From NCBI GenBank assembly GCA_963664815.2, contig CAXXHB010000003.1, forward strand, positions 1,952,001 through 2,016,000: a DNA stretch of 64,000 nucleotides. The letters run 5' to 3'. The first letter of the stretch is position 1. Every line of letters starts with the position of its first letter. The stretch comes from Spirochaetota bacterium. Lineage in GTDB: Bacteria > Spirochaetota > UBA4802 > UBA5550. The translations under genes and the position numbers were made by a program. The notes beneath the pieces were generated by a model. It was given only the letters and a program-made list of their open reading frames with translations. It had not been told where the DNA came from and ran no database searches. Positions 1-11,001 of the stretch are shown one piece after another.

Positions 1-5
1 TACTC

Positions 6-1745
6 TTGAGCAAAACTGAACAAGCATTTATTGCAATTACATCTGAAGCATCAAAGGTTATACAGGCTAACATGCGCACAAATACAGCAGTAATGGAAAC
101 ACTTGCGGAAAGAAGAATTATTGACGATGATACCCCATGGCAGAAAAAAGTGGAATCCATGGAAAAAGAGGCAAAGCGTACAGGGTTTGAAGTTTTCTCG
201 TTTGCTGATACTGATGCAAATTCATACAGATATAATATGGAAAAATCACCATCGAAAATCTCAGACAGGGATTACTATATAAGAGCCATCGCGGGTATAC
301 CGACTTATTCTTCAGTATTTATAAGCAGGGTTTCAGGTTTGCCAAGCATTTCTGTTGCTGTTCCAGTAAGAAGAGACGGGAAAATAACAGGAGTATTCTA
401 TGGTATAAGAGATGGCAATGATATATCACATCTGGTGGAAAACATTAAAATAGGTGAGACAGGTTATGCTTATGTCGTAAACAAAGAAGGGACTGTTCAG
501 GGACATAAAGACAGTCAGCTTGTTCTGAAAATGTACAATCCGATTAAAGAATCTTCTCAGGATAAATCACTCAATCAGCTTGCCGGGTTTTTAAAAAAAG
601 CAATATCCGGAGATAAAGGAACTGCTCAATATTTTTTCAAGGGACACGATATTTTCTGTTCATACGCACCAATTGCAGGGACAGATGGCTGGTTTGTAGT
701 TATAGCTATTGAAATGAATGAATTATTAAACGATGTTAATCATCTGAGAAATATTATTATATTGATTACAATTGCGCTTACTATTTTAGGTGTTGTTCTT
801 TCATATTATATAGGGAACCACATAGCTAAACCAATTATAGCAGCAGCAACTTATGCAGAGAATCTTGCCAGACTTGACTTCAGCAAGGATGTTGAAGAGA
901 CATATATTAACAGAAATGATGAAATAGGAATACTTGCAAGATCGTTTCAGATACTTATTGATATATTGAGAACAACTGTCACAGAAATTATAAGATCAGC
1001 TCAGGAGGTTGCCGTTGCTACAGTTAAAATAAGCGACGATAATCAGAATCTTTCTCAGAGAACTTCGGAACAGGCATCATCACTTGAAGAAATTGCCGCT
1101 GCCGTTGAAGAAGCCAATGCTTCAACAAGACAGAGTTTTGATAACTCCATTGAAGCAAATAACTACGCCAATAACTCATTAAAACTTGCTCAGGATGGCG
1201 GAAAAACAGTAGATACAGCTATAATTGCGATTGGAGAAATCAATGCTTCAAGCTCAAAAATTGCTGAAATAATTACAATGATTAACGAAATTGCTTTTCA
1301 GACTAATCTTCTTGCACTCAATGCAGCTGTTGAAGCTGCCAGGGCAGGAGAGCAGGGACGAGGATTCGCAGTAGTTGCAGGTGAAGTCAGGAATCTGGCC
1401 CAGAGAGCCGGCGCAGCGGCCAGGGAAATAGATATTCTTATTAAAAATTCTATCGATAAAATAGAGACCGGAACAAGCCTTGTTAATAAAAGCGGACTGG
1501 CTCTTGCAGAAATTATTGCATCAATACAAAAAGTAAACACACTTGTATCAGATATGACTGCTGCAAGCGAGGAACAGAGACGCGGGATTGAGCAGATTAA
1601 TACAGCAATAACAGACATGGATACAATGACCCAGCAGAATGCTGCACTTGTAGAAAAAACTGCTGCAGCAAGTGAGGAGATGTCTGCCCAGGCGGGTGAA
1701 CTTGTGTCCATTGTTGAGAGATTCAGCGTTAATGCAAAAAACTAA
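6..1745 (+). CDS. Methyl-accepting chemotaxis protein (dCache sensor, TM, HAMP, MCP signal domain); probably 5'-truncated by window edge
   Basis: [39 protein letters not shown] signalling hairpin; Cache-like [14 protein letters not shown]; frame is open upstream of position 6. Confidence 0.95.
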   Translation: MSKTEQAFIAITSEASKVIQANMRTNTAVMETLAERRIIDDDTPWQKKVESMEKEAKRTGFEVFSFADTDANSYRYNMEKSPSKISDRDYYIRAIAGIPTYSSVFISRVSGLPSISVAVPVRRDGKITGVFYGIRDGNDISHLVENIKIGETGYAYVVNKEGTVQGHKDSQLVLKMYNPIKESSQDKSLNQLAGFLKKAISGDKGTAQYFFKGHDIFCSYAPIAGTDGWFVVIAIEMNELLNDVNHLRNIIILITIALTILGVVLSYYIGNHIAKPIIAAATYAENLARLDFSKDVEETYINRNDEIGILARSFQILIDILRTTVTEIIRSAQEVAVATVKISDDNQNLSQRTSEQASSLEEIAAAVEEANASTRQSFDNSIEANNYANNSLKLAQDGGKTVDTAIIAIGEINASSSKIAEIITMINEIAFQTNLLALNAAVEAARAGEQGRGFAVVAGEVRNLAQRAGAAAREIDILIKNSIDKIETGTSLVNKSGLALAEIIASIQKVNTLVSDMTAASEEQRRGIEQINTAITDMDTMTQQNAALVEKTAAASEEMSAQAGELVSIVERFSVNAKN

Positions 1746-2047
1746 GTTTAAATAAAATTTAGACAGGTAATTACAATTGCAATTTATATTGAATTATAGC
1801 TGTTAAAAACTGAATCAATTCATTTTCCATCATTTACGCGAAGAAGTGAATCCAATTAATATTAACATCTGTTTCTTTTCATTTTTTCATTGTTAAACAA
1901 CTTTAAAACTTCTTCTTTTAAATATTATTTAAAAAAAATTATTCTTTATGAATTTCATATCTAATAAGATAATGGACCTGTAATAACATTGTGTTCGTAA
2001 ATACAGAGATACGAAAAATGATAATTTTACATGTGGATTATTGATTT

Positions 2048-4135
2048 ATGATTGATTACAAAGCTGTAATTATAAATTCATCATTCGGATATGCTTATCA
2101 CAGGCTGATACTTGATGAAAAAGGGAAACCTGCCGATTATGAATTTCTAGATGTAAATGCTGCATTTGAAAAATTAACAGGTATGAAAAAAGATAATATA
2201 ACGGGTTTAAGAGTCACTGATTTAATACCTGATATAAAAAAGGATACATTTGACTGGATTGGTTTTTACGGAAAAGCAGTACTTAGTAAAAAAGGTCACG
2301 AAATTGAAAAATACAGTGAAAGTCTTAAGAAATGGCACAGAATTGAAGTTATACCCATGGAAGGACTCTGTTTTGCGGCCCTTTTTATTGATATAACTAC
2401 ATTGAAAGAGAATATATCACAGATGAAACAATACCTGCATTATTCTCCGAAGGGAATTTTTATTACTGATAAAAATGGAAGATATATTATTGTAAATCAG
2501 GCCGCATGTAAATTATTGGGATATAATGAAAACCAATTACTGACAATGTCAATAACCGATATTGTACCACCGGATAACAGGGACATAGCTCTTTCCTTAT
2601 TCAAAACATTCAGAGAAAAGAAGGACGTCAGCGATGAAGTTTTACTTCAGAGAAGTGACGGTACAACTGTTTGGGTTGAACTCGCTTCTGTAGCTCTTCC
2701 TGACGGTACATTTATGGCATATTGTATTGATATTTCTCATAGGAAGAAATCTGAAACAGAACTTAAGGAGTTGCTTCATTTTAATAAAACACTTCTTAAT
2801 ACCATTCCTGCCCCGATATACTATAAAAATAAAGAGGGCAGATATCTCGGTGTAAATAATGCCTTTGCAGATTTTTATGGTAAATCGCAAGAAGAGATGA
2901 CAGGCCATACAGTTTTTGAGATTGCTCCTCCTGAACTTGCTGAAATTTATTACAAAATGGATAATAATCTGATTTTAAATCATGGTGTACAGGTTTATGA
3001 ATCTCAGATAGAAAATTCAAAAGGTGAGTTTCATGACGTTATATTTCACAAGGCGACTTTCAATGATCTGAATGGTGAAACTGGTGGATTAATCGGAGTT
3101 ATTCTAGACATCACTGAGAGAAAAAAAGCCGAGAAGGAGCTTGAACTTTATTACAGGGCAATGCAATCAATAGATCAGCCGGTTTTAATAACTGATAATA
3201 AAGGAAGAATAATACGTGTTAATAAAGCGTTTATAAGATTGTACGGTTTTTCAATTGAAGAACTTGAAGGTGAAAACCCAAGAATATTGAATCCTGGAAA
3301 AAATGTATATCTTGACCTGGGATATACAGAAGAAGAACATGCCAGGCTTTTTAAATCGATGTGGGAGGCAATAACAAATAAAGAAGTTGGTACATGGGAA
3401 AATGTTGTAATCAACAGAAAAAAGGATGGAACTATCGTCTGGGTCAGGCTCTTTATAAACGTGGTTTATGATGACAATGGCGTACCTATTAATTACATAG
3501 CTCTGCCTGTTGATATATCAGGTACTGTACAGAAGGAAGTAACGACACGCATACAGCTATATCAGACAATAGCCGGACTTGCAGAACTGAGAGACAATGA
3601 AACAGGAAACCATATGAGACGTGTCGGTATATTTGCAAAGCTTATAGCCAGAGAATACGGAATGCCTGAAAAGTACTGTAATGATATTGAAATATTCGCT
3701 CCCCTTCACGATATCGGTAAAGTCGGTATATCAGATTATCTGCTTCTTGCAGGAAGAAAGCTGACACAGGAAGAGTTCGAAATTATGAAAACGCATACAA
3801 TTATGGGTCACAACATTGTAAAAGGTAAAAAGGAGCTTGAGATGGTGGCCGCTATAACAATAAGCCACCACGAGTGGTTCAATGGAGATGGATATCCTAA
3901 TTCCCTGGCAGGTAAAGATATCCCACTTTCTGCAAGAATTACAGCAATAGCAGATGTTTATGATGCATTAAGAAATAAAAGACCTTATAAAGTTGAATGG
4001 GACCATGTTACTTCAAGAGATTATATAATTAACAAATCTGGAAAGCAGTTTGATCCTTCTCTTGTAGAAATATTTATAAAAGTGAATGATAAGTTTGATA
4101 TAATATTCAATGAGCTTAAAGATAATCCTGCTTGA
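2048..4135 (+). CDS. Multi-PAS HD-GYP c-di-GMP phosphodiesterase
   Basis: Four PAS-like repeats; ETGNHMRRV, LHDIGK, HHEWFNGDGYP, ADVYDALRNKRPYK motifs. Confidence 0.93.
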   Translation: MIDYKAVIINSSFGYAYHRLILDEKGKPADYEFLDVNAAFEKLTGMKKDNITGLRVTDLIPDIKKDTFDWIGFYGKAVLSKKGHEIEKYSESLKKWHRIEVIPMEGLCFAALFIDITTLKENISQMKQYLHYSPKGIFITDKNGRYIIVNQAACKLLGYNENQLLTMSITDIVPPDNRDIALSLFKTFREKKDVSDEVLLQRSDGTTVWVELASVALPDGTFMAYCIDISHRKKSETELKELLHFNKTLLNTIPAPIYYKNKEGRYLGVNNAFADFYGKSQEEMTGHTVFEIAPPELAEIYYKMDNNLILNHGVQVYESQIENSKGEFHDVIFHKATFNDLNGETGGLIGVILDITERKKAEKELELYYRAMQSIDQPVLITDNKGRIIRVNKAFIRLYGFSIEELEGENPRILNPGKNVYLDLGYTEEEHARLFKSMWEAITNKEVGTWENVVINRKKDGTIVWVRLFINVVYDDNGVPINYIALPVDISGTVQKEVTTRIQLYQTIAGLAELRDNETGNHMRRVGIFAKLIAREYGMPEKYCNDIEIFAPLHDIGKVGISDYLLLAGRKLTQEEFEIMKTHTIMGHNIVKGKKELEMVAAITISHHEWFNGDGYPNSLAGKDIPLSARITAIADVYDALRNKRPYKVEWDHVTSRDYIINKSGKQFDPSLVEIFIKVNDKFDIIFNELKDNPA

Positions 4136-4188
4136 ACAACCGGTTTTTCTACAAAAATTTCCTTATTTTGTATATCCAGTCATTCGAT

Positions 4189-4509
4189 TTAAACATCCGG
4201 CGGGAGATTTTTAAACTTATCTGCAAGGAAAAGAAATGTAGCATTCAAAAGCTGCATCTCAACACAATACTCACTGTCTTCAGGCGTACCATCCTTAAAA
4301 AAAAGACCCTGAAACTCCATTGCAAAAGATATATACTTTTGTGCTTCAGTGTAATTACCGTATAAAAGGTATTTAAATCCTCTTCGAACGAAAATATATG
4401 GAGTAAGCCCTGTTTCATGAAATACCTTTGATATCTCAGCCACGTCCGGTAATCCTGAAGCTTTTCGGGAATCAATGATAGAAGCAGTTGTATTATTTGG
4501 AAGTTTCAT
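4189..4509 (-). CDS. Hypothetical protein, paralog of 7943..8263
   Basis: Shared motifs TPYI(F/Y)VR, G-Y-EA, F-G-F, LAD-FK with 7943..8263. Confidence 0.75.
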   Translation of the reverse strand: MKLPNNTTASIIDSRKASGLPDVAEISKVFHETGLTPYIFVRRGFKYLLYGNYTEAQKYISFAMEFQGLFFKDGTPEDSEYCVEMQLLNATFLFLADKFKNLPPDV

Positions 4510-4517
4510 ATTTTTTG

Positions 4518-4644
4518 TTATATTCGATAATATCGATAATATTTTAATTATATTCGATATACCCGTATTTATGCAAAAAAAGTCAACTTTATTTACTATT
4601 TTTAAATAAAAAATATTTTGATAATTCGGTATTATCGAATATAA
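4518..4644. promoter_or_regulatory. Candidate XRE operator sites in divergent promoter region
   Basis: TTATATTCGATAATA at 4518-4532 with exact inverted copy at 4630-4644; partial direct copy at 4548-4559. Confidence 0.6.
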
Positions 4645-4651
4645 TAACTAT

Positions 4652-5047
4652 ATGACTGGATATGGGACAAAACTAAAAAACCTGATAAAAGATTCCGGAT
4701 ATACACTAAAGCAGATATCTGAAAAAATTGAGGTGCCTGCATCTACTATTGCATCATGGTACAAATCCGAGTATCCTCCGCTTGAAGCAATAATCAAGAT
4801 GTGTTGCTTTTTAAAAATCAATCTATGGGAATTCTTTATTAATGATAATGAAGATTTAAAAAATATTCTGCCCGATTATATCAAACCGGAAGATGCGGCT
4901 CTGTTTAAACTGCTAAACAACGATGTTGATATCAGTATCAGAATTGAAGTTAAAAAGCTGATGGTTCAAACAATGAAAGTTGTACTTTCAGGTAATGTTG
5001 ATAAACTGAAGGATAAACCTGAATATAAGATGCTTTTTGGAGATTAA
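4652..5047 (+). CDS. XRE-family HTH transcriptional regulator
   Basis: N-terminal GTKLKNL...YTLKQISEKIEVPASTIASW HTH; C-terminal LPDYIKPEDAAL shared with 8404..8802. Confidence 0.85.
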   Translation: MTGYGTKLKNLIKDSGYTLKQISEKIEVPASTIASWYKSEYPPLEAIIKMCCFLKINLWEFFINDNEDLKNILPDYIKPEDAALFKLLNNDVDISIRIEVKKLMVQTMKVVLSGNVDKLKDKPEYKMLFGD

Positions 5048-5083
5048 TAATATTCTGTTATGCTGATAAAAGTTCGGATATTA

Positions 5084-6370
5084 TCACAATAGTTTCAAAC
5101 TGACTCTTGCTCCCAGCCTGTGGAGTAGACGATAAAGTCCATACATTGTTCTCCCGAAATACATAAAACCCCCATGGTAACTTTCGATATAGTTATATAT
5201 TTCAGGTATATAAATTTTCATTTCATTGAAATAATCTGTGTTTTCTGCAAAATCGAAATATTCCGATCTTACAGGTCGTGTAATATACTCGATCCATGAT
5301 GTAAAGAATTTATAAGACTCCCTGTCAGTTTCGCTTTTTTTACATTTTATACCTGAAAGTCTGAAAAGTTCTTCAGCATTGTTAAAATTACCTTTATCAA
5401 TAAAATCCGGACTCAGTTTTTTTACACATCCGAAATCGATCAGTCCGAGTCTGCCGTCATCACGGAATAGAAAATTACCTATATTCGGGTCAGCATGTAT
5501 AAGAAAATTCCCTTTTATCGATGAAATAAAAAGATCACACAGAAGCTGGCCATAATAACTGCGTTTATCCCTGTCCGGAGACCGGTATAGCCAGCCATCT
5601 AGTTTTTCCCCATCTATAAAAGAAGTTGCAAGTACACGTTCGGAGCTGTATTCCCTGTAAACTTCAGGTATGATTATATTATCCATGCAGAGATTATTAT
5701 AAAAAAAATCTGTGTTATCCGCTTCAAGCCTGTAGTCGAGTTCTTCGGCCAAACCCTCTTCAATCTCTGTTAATGCACCGTCAATAATCCATGAAAAGGG
5801 GGTTATTCTTAAAATATTCCTTAACATCTGTACATCAGATTTAATACTTTCCGCGATGCCTGGATACTGGACCTTTACCGCAATTTTTTTGCCTTTAAGG
5901 GATTCAGCTCTGTGTACCTGACCGATGCTTGCTGCAGCGAACGGTGTTGATTCAAAGGAGCTGAATATATTCTCCGGCCATTCTCCGAGTTCACGTTTTA
6001 TAATATTGCGTATAAGTCCCCTGCTTATCGGCGGTACCTGGTTAGCCGATTTGATCAGTTCTTTTTGATATGTTTCCGGCAATCTTTCAGTTTCCATTGA
6101 GAACATCTGCGCGAGCTTTACCGGTGCACCTTTCAGCATACCTATCGCAGAGAATATAATTTTGGCAATCTCATCGTTATTAGACTCACGTAACTCTTCT
6201 TTCTTATCGCCATCAATAAAAGGGAGTTTTGAAACATACTCCAGCTTTTTGAGTCCTGCCTTTGCTGTCGTTATACCGATTACGCTGCTGCGTTTAATCT
6301 TTCCTTTTGGTATATTAGTCTGTTCCATGCTTTTCATCGTCCATCCCTGACTTACTGCGCATTTTTTCAT
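5084..6370 (-). CDS. ABC1/AarF/UbiB-family atypical kinase (true start likely a downstream Met)
   Basis: PFAAASIGQVHRA, AVKVQYPG, ELDYRLEA, HADPNIGNF, LIDFG motifs. Confidence 0.92.
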   Translation of the reverse strand: MKKCAVSQGWTMKSMEQTNIPKGKIKRSSVIGITTAKAGLKKLEYVSKLPFIDGDKKEELRESNNDEIAKIIFSAIGMLKGAPVKLAQMFSMETERLPETYQKELIKSANQVPPISRGLIRNIIKRELGEWPENIFSSFESTPFAAASIGQVHRAESLKGKKIAVKVQYPGIAESIKSDVQMLRNILRITPFSWIIDGALTEIEEGLAEELDYRLEADNTDFFYNNLCMDNIIIPEVYREYSSERVLATSFIDGEKLDGWLYRSPDRDKRSYYGQLLCDLFISSIKGNFLIHADPNIGNFLFRDDGRLGLIDFGCVKKLSPDFIDKGNFNNAEELFRLSGIKCKKSETDRESYKFFTSWIEYITRPVRSEYFDFAENTDYFNEMKIYIPEIYNYIESYHGGFMYFGRTMYGLYRLLHRLGARVSLKLL

Positions 6371-7088
6371 TCATAGCAGTATATAATACATTTTTAGCAG
6401 GAAAAATTTTACTGATATTCTGGAAATTGCTGTATATATGATTTTTAAAGATAAAAGAAGCAATGTTAGTAAATTTAAAAATTAGTCCGCTGTGAAGAAT
6501 TTCGACAATGACATCCAGGCTCAGATCTATAAACTGGCTTGTGTTACTCATCCCTGTTGATTTATCGTTGCACCAGTAAAGGCTGACAATACCGACGTAA
6601 TCCCAGTATAAATTTGTAATAAAACTTTTAAAGACATATTCCTGTATCTCATTTTTATGAAGAGCATCTACAAAAAATTCATTCACAGATTTTGTAAAGA
6701 GATCTTTTATCGGAATCATCTCTGTAAAAGTGCGGAGCGGTGAATCGAACATAAGCCTGAACGCTTCAACTACAAATTCACGATCTTCAAGATACATATC
6801 TAACAGGGATTCCATCTGAGTCTGAAGCTTTTCTTTCAGAGTAAACTCTCCGAATTCAGGAATTGTTTTCATAAGATTTACAAGATCGCCATGCTTATCC
6901 TCAAAATATGCATACAGAATCTTTTCCTTGGTTGGAAAATAATTATAGATTGTAGCAGTACCAAAACCAGCCTTTTCAGAAATTTCACGCATAGTTGAAT
7001 TTTGAAAACCTTTATATGTCATAATCTCTACTGCGGCTTTTAACAGTTTTTTACGGATTTCATTTTTCTGTTCCTGAGATACTTTCAT
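6315..7088 (-). CDS. TetR-family transcriptional regulator
   Basis: KGFQNSTMREISEKAGFGTATIYNYFPTKE HTH. Confidence 0.92.
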   Translation of the reverse strand: MKVSQEQKNEIRKKLLKAAVEIMTYKGFQNSTMREISEKAGFGTATIYNYFPTKEKILYAYFEDKHGDLVNLMKTIPEFGEFTLKEKLQTQMESLLDMYLEDREFVVEAFRLMFDSPLRTFTEMIPIKDLFTKSVNEFFVDALHKNEIQEYVFKSFITNLYWDYVGIVSLYWCNDKSTGMSNTSQFIDLSLDVIVEILHSGLIFKFTNIASFIFKNHIYSNFQNISKIFPAKNVLYTAMNEKMRSKSGMDDEKHGTD

Positions 7089-7101
7089 AAGCTACCCTCA
7101 A

Positions 7102-7602
7102 TTATTTAAATAAAGCATATGCATCCTTTGTCATTTCACCGAAGTATACACACCTGGCATCAGTAAATTTTAAATCGCGTACAACATGCATATTATCCCA
7201 GACGATTTTATATCCTTTTGTTCTTTTAAAAACTTTAACCTTCTTCATCCATAAATCTATCTCTCTATCAGTTGCCACCCTTCGTGGACCGGCTGTCCCA
7301 TAAAGACGGATAGCACAGGGAGAATTAAATCTGCCGCGAATCATACTTGTAAGCATAAAAAAGAATCCGCTGTTTGCAGCAAGTATGCATACATTGGGAT
7401 TCTCTTCCAGATTGTGTGGTAAATTTTTTGGATACTCCTCAAAATAAAAAGCATGTCCCGGTTCAAGGAAAATCAATGATCCTATCGGGGTAATATGAGG
7501 CAGGCCTTCAGGTGTAACTGTGGCTATTGCGTAATGACCTGAAGAAGAAAGTGCTTTTTTAAATAAACGCTGGATGTTTTCCCAGTTTTTTATGATATCC
7601 AT
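7102..7602 (-). CDS. Pyridoxamine 5'-phosphate oxidase-like FMN-binding protein
   Basis: AIATVTPEGLPHITPIGS, NLEENPNVC. Confidence 0.8.
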   Translation of the reverse strand: MDIIKNWENIQRLFKKALSSSGHYAIATVTPEGLPHITPIGSLIFLEPGHAFYFEEYPKNLPHNLEENPNVCILAANSGFFFMLTSMIRGRFNSPCAIRLYGTAGPRRVATDREIDLWMKKVKVFKRTKGYKIVWDNMHVVRDLKFTDARCVYFGEMTKDAYALFK

Positions 7603-7942
7603 TTTAAACTCTCATTTATCTCGCCAGATTTTAATAAATAAATACTATTCATTAAATAGCAATATAAACCATATATAATATAGCATTTACATATTAGTCA
7701 ATCTTTTTTTAAATTTCAATCTCCTTTTTTGCTATCTCTTTATTATTAAGGATTAATATTGAATGATATCTAACGAAAAAGATTGAATTCAGTTTTAATG
7801 CAGCTATATTTGAGAGGTTTTTAATAAAGTCCGGGTAGAATGAATCATGCTTCGTATATTGTTTTTACTCTACTGAGTATTATGTTATTAACTGATTTAT
7901 TTATATTATAGACATATTCCGGTTGTTTTTATACCCGTACTG

Positions 7943-8263
7943 TTACAACTTTTTAAACTCATCGGCAAGATGCAGCTCAATATATTTTAAAAGTTCTATT
8001 GTCTTTGCATAATCTTCATTTTCAGCTGTATTTTTTTCATAGAAAACCCCTTCAAACCCTCCAGCCAGTTCAAGAAGCCTGTATGCCTCTTTATATTCAC
8101 CCTGAACAAGCTGCCTCAAGGAATTACGTACATATATATATGGAGTAACATCCAGCCGCTTTAATATTTCTGAAATAAAAACTGATGTTCCTTTGCTGTC
8201 AAGAGCAAGCGGGTATTGTATCAAAGAACTTGCAAAGATTCTGAACATGTTTACCTCCGGCAT
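7943..8263 (-). CDS. Hypothetical protein, paralog of 4189..4509
   Basis: Colinear similarity to 4189..4509; same divergent position relative to an XRE gene. Confidence 0.75.
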   Translation of the reverse strand: MPEVNMFRIFASSLIQYPLALDSKGTSVFISEILKRLDVTPYIYVRNSLRQLVQGEYKEAYRLLELAGGFEGVFYEKNTAENEDYAKTIELLKYIELHLADEFKKL

Positions 8264-8403
8264 ATTTATTTCTGAATAAAATAATAGAAATAATATGTAT
8301 ATTAAATCACATAATATACTTTAATGTTCTAATATCAAGAAATATTTTTTCTAAACATTAATTTATTATTTATTTTTTTTCTAAAAATATTAATTTAAAT
8401 AAT

Positions 8404-8802
8404 ATGAAACTAGGTGATAAATTAAAAAACCTGAGGGAGCATTACGGTTACAGCCAAACCCAGATTGCAAATGTGCTTGATACTTCACAGAGGAATGTCT
8501 CTAATTATGAATCAACAGAAGAGATAACCGGCTTACTTGATTATATATTCAAGTTTTGCAGATATTTCAAGATACCTGTCTCAGAATTTTTTATTGAAAA
8601 TATAAGTGATTTAAAAAATACATTACCTGATTACATCAAACCGGAAGATGCAGCTTTAATAAAGATAATAAATACAGGGGTTGATATCCAGACACAGATA
8701 GAAATTAAAAAGGCTTTTATACAGGTGGCCAGGGCTATTCTGATAAATAAGTCTGACAGGATTAAGGATATGCCTGAGTATAAAGAGTTGTTCGGAGAGT
8801 GA
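8404..8802 (+). CDS. XRE-family HTH transcriptional regulator
   Basis: MKLGDKLKNLREHYGYSQTQIANVLDTSQRNVSNYE; paralog of 4652..5047. Confidence 0.88.
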   Translation: MKLGDKLKNLREHYGYSQTQIANVLDTSQRNVSNYESTEEITGLLDYIFKFCRYFKIPVSEFFIENISDLKNTLPDYIKPEDAALIKIINTGVDIQTQIEIKKAFIQVARAILINKSDRIKDMPEYKELFGE

Positions 8803-8864
8803 AATAAACCCTGCTTTTGTTTCCATATTTAAAAAATTGGTAATTCATTCTGCCACAGGATTTG

Positions 8865-10709
8865 TCAGAAATCCTCTTCAACGAGCTTCATGGCAGAAAT
8901 ATCGTTGCTTTCAATCGCCTGTTTTATCGCAAAAGCCTGCGGAAGCACGTTGTTGATAAAAAATGTGGAGGTGAGTATTTTGCTGTTGTAAAATGCTGCA
9001 TCTCTGTCTTTTGCTGTCAGCTGTTCCATTTTCACTATATCTTTTACATCAAACCCTTCGTTAGCGGCTTTTCCGGCGAGTTTCTGTGATGCAATTCCGG
9101 CCTGCCAGTAAAGAAGCCACGCAGACATTACAATACCGGTAAGGTTTAGGAACGGGTATGAGTTAACAAGAGGTATTAATAAATTCTTTTCTTTCATACA
9201 CCCCGTTAAATATTCCGCTGTATCGGTAAAAACATTAACGGCATCCCTGAATTTACCGGATAATCCGGAAATTAAATCTATACTGCTGTATTTGTCAAGA
9301 GCTGAATACATTTCTGTCACAAGGTTTCTGAAGTTCTGACCGCTATTCTGACTCAATTTGCGCATAACAAGATCTGTGGACTGTATACCGTTTGTTCCCT
9401 CGTATATGGAACCTATCTTCATATCGCGGAGAAATTGTTCTACGGGATAATCCTTACAGTAACCGTAGCCTCCATAAACCTGCATTGCTGTTTCCGTAAT
9501 CCTGAATCCTGTGTCAGTCCCGAATGCTTTAAGAACCGGAACCATAAATTCCATAATACCGCCCCACTTTCCGGATTCATCACCTGCGGATGACTTTTTA
9601 CGGTCAATTGAATAAGCGCATAGAAAAACCATTGCACGGAGAGCTTCCACATGGGATTTCATCCACATCAGCATTCGCCTTACGTCGGGATGATTGATTA
9701 TTGTAACAGCTTTCGCATCGGACCCCGTAATCGGCCTCCCCTGTATTCGTTCCTTTGCGTATGATAAAGCATGATGGTAAGCTGCAGAACCGGTGCTCAG
9801 GCCCTGCAATCCCATATTTATCCGCTCCTCGTTCATCATATTGAACATTATCTTCATTCCCTGCCGTTGCTCCCCCAGAAGTTCCGCGTAGCAGTTGTCA
9901 TTATCCCCGAAACTCATGGCACAGGTTGCGTTCGCGCTGAGACCAAGCTTATGTTCTATACCTGTGACGGTGTAGTCATTTCTGCGCCCTTTTGAACCAT
10001 CATCATTCACAAGGTATTTCGGCATAAGAAACAGCGATACACCCGACGTGCCTTCAGGATCACCTTCAATACGCGCGAGTATTGGATGTATAATGTTTTC
10101 AAACAGATCGTTATCACCGCATGATATGAATATCTTCTGACCCTTTATTTTGTAGGTACCATCAGGCTGCCTGATTGCTTTTGTTTTAAGAGCACCTACA
10201 TCAGATCCGGCATCAGGTTCTGTAATCAGCATTGTTCCGCCGTTTTTGCCTTCAAATATTTTGTGCATATATTTTTTTTTCTGATCATCTGTCCCGAAGT
10301 CATAAATAAGGTGGGCCGCCCCGGTTGCTCCGGCCGGATACATAAAGTATCCCATATGAAAAAGAAAGTTTTCCTGCACAGCAGTCTCAATAACGTAGGG
10401 CATACCCTGCCCGCCGGCATCCTGCGGAGCTGAGACAGTGAGCCATCCCCCGTCAGACATAATTTTCTGCAGAGAGTGAAGGCATTTCGGCACATAAACT
10501 GAACCATTAACAAGCGAGGCACCCTCCCTGTCAGCCTCCATACACCGGGGAAGCACCTCTTTCTCACCAAGTTTATATGCCATGTCAAGAGTCATATCGA
10601 ATGTATCTCGCGTGAAATCTTTAAATTTTTCAGTTAAAAAAAGTTCTTCAATACCAAGCATTTCATAGAGTATAAAATCCTGGTCACGCCTGTTTGTTGT
10701 AAGTGACAT
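8865..10709 (-). CDS. Acyl-CoA dehydrogenase (~600-aa type)
   Basis: TEPDAGSDVG, GQKIFIS, EHKLG, QVYGGYGY, IYEGTNGIQ. Confidence 0.95.
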   Translation of the reverse strand: MSLTTNRRDQDFILYEMLGIEELFLTEKFKDFTRDTFDMTLDMAYKLGEKEVLPRCMEADREGASLVNGSVYVPKCLHSLQKIMSDGGWLTVSAPQDAGGQGMPYVIETAVQENFLFHMGYFMYPAGATGAAHLIYDFGTDDQKKKYMHKIFEGKNGGTMLITEPDAGSDVGALKTKAIRQPDGTYKIKGQKIFISCGDNDLFENIIHPILARIEGDPEGTSGVSLFLMPKYLVNDDGSKGRRNDYTVTGIEHKLGLSANATCAMSFGDNDNCYAELLGEQRQGMKIMFNMMNEERINMGLQGLSTGSAAYHHALSYAKERIQGRPITGSDAKAVTIINHPDVRRMLMWMKSHVEALRAMVFLCAYSIDRKKSSAGDESGKWGGIMEFMVPVLKAFGTDTGFRITETAMQVYGGYGYCKDYPVEQFLRDMKIGSIYEGTNGIQSTDLVMRKLSQNSGQNFRNLVTEMYSALDKYSSIDLISGLSGKFRDAVNVFTDTAEYLTGCMKEKNLLIPLVNSYPFLNLTGIVMSAWLLYWQAGIASQKLAGKAANEGFDVKDIVKMEQLTAKDRDAAFYNSKILTSTFFINNVLPQAFAIKQAIESNDISAMKLVEEDF

Positions 10710-11001
10710 TATTCGCCTCTCTTTATCAGCAGAAGATAATTACATATTATTATTCAATAAGAGTAAAAAAAGTAAATTATGGTGAACTGTAAATATTAGA
10801 TTGTCAATGGAAAAATCCATGTTATTTTCAATCTTCTAATTTTCCATAAACAATTAACACAGGCCTGCACAGATTTAAAATATAGCTGCTGCATTATAGC
10901 GTGATACAAATTTCCTTCACTGACCGCTGCATGCTCAGGAAATATTTATATGATCATATCCGGGTAAGCCGCACTGTTATTTAGAATGAAACGCATTCTA
11001 A

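Noticed and set aside
4189-8802. Prophage immunity regions
   Set aside because: No phage structural, replication or integrase genes adjacent
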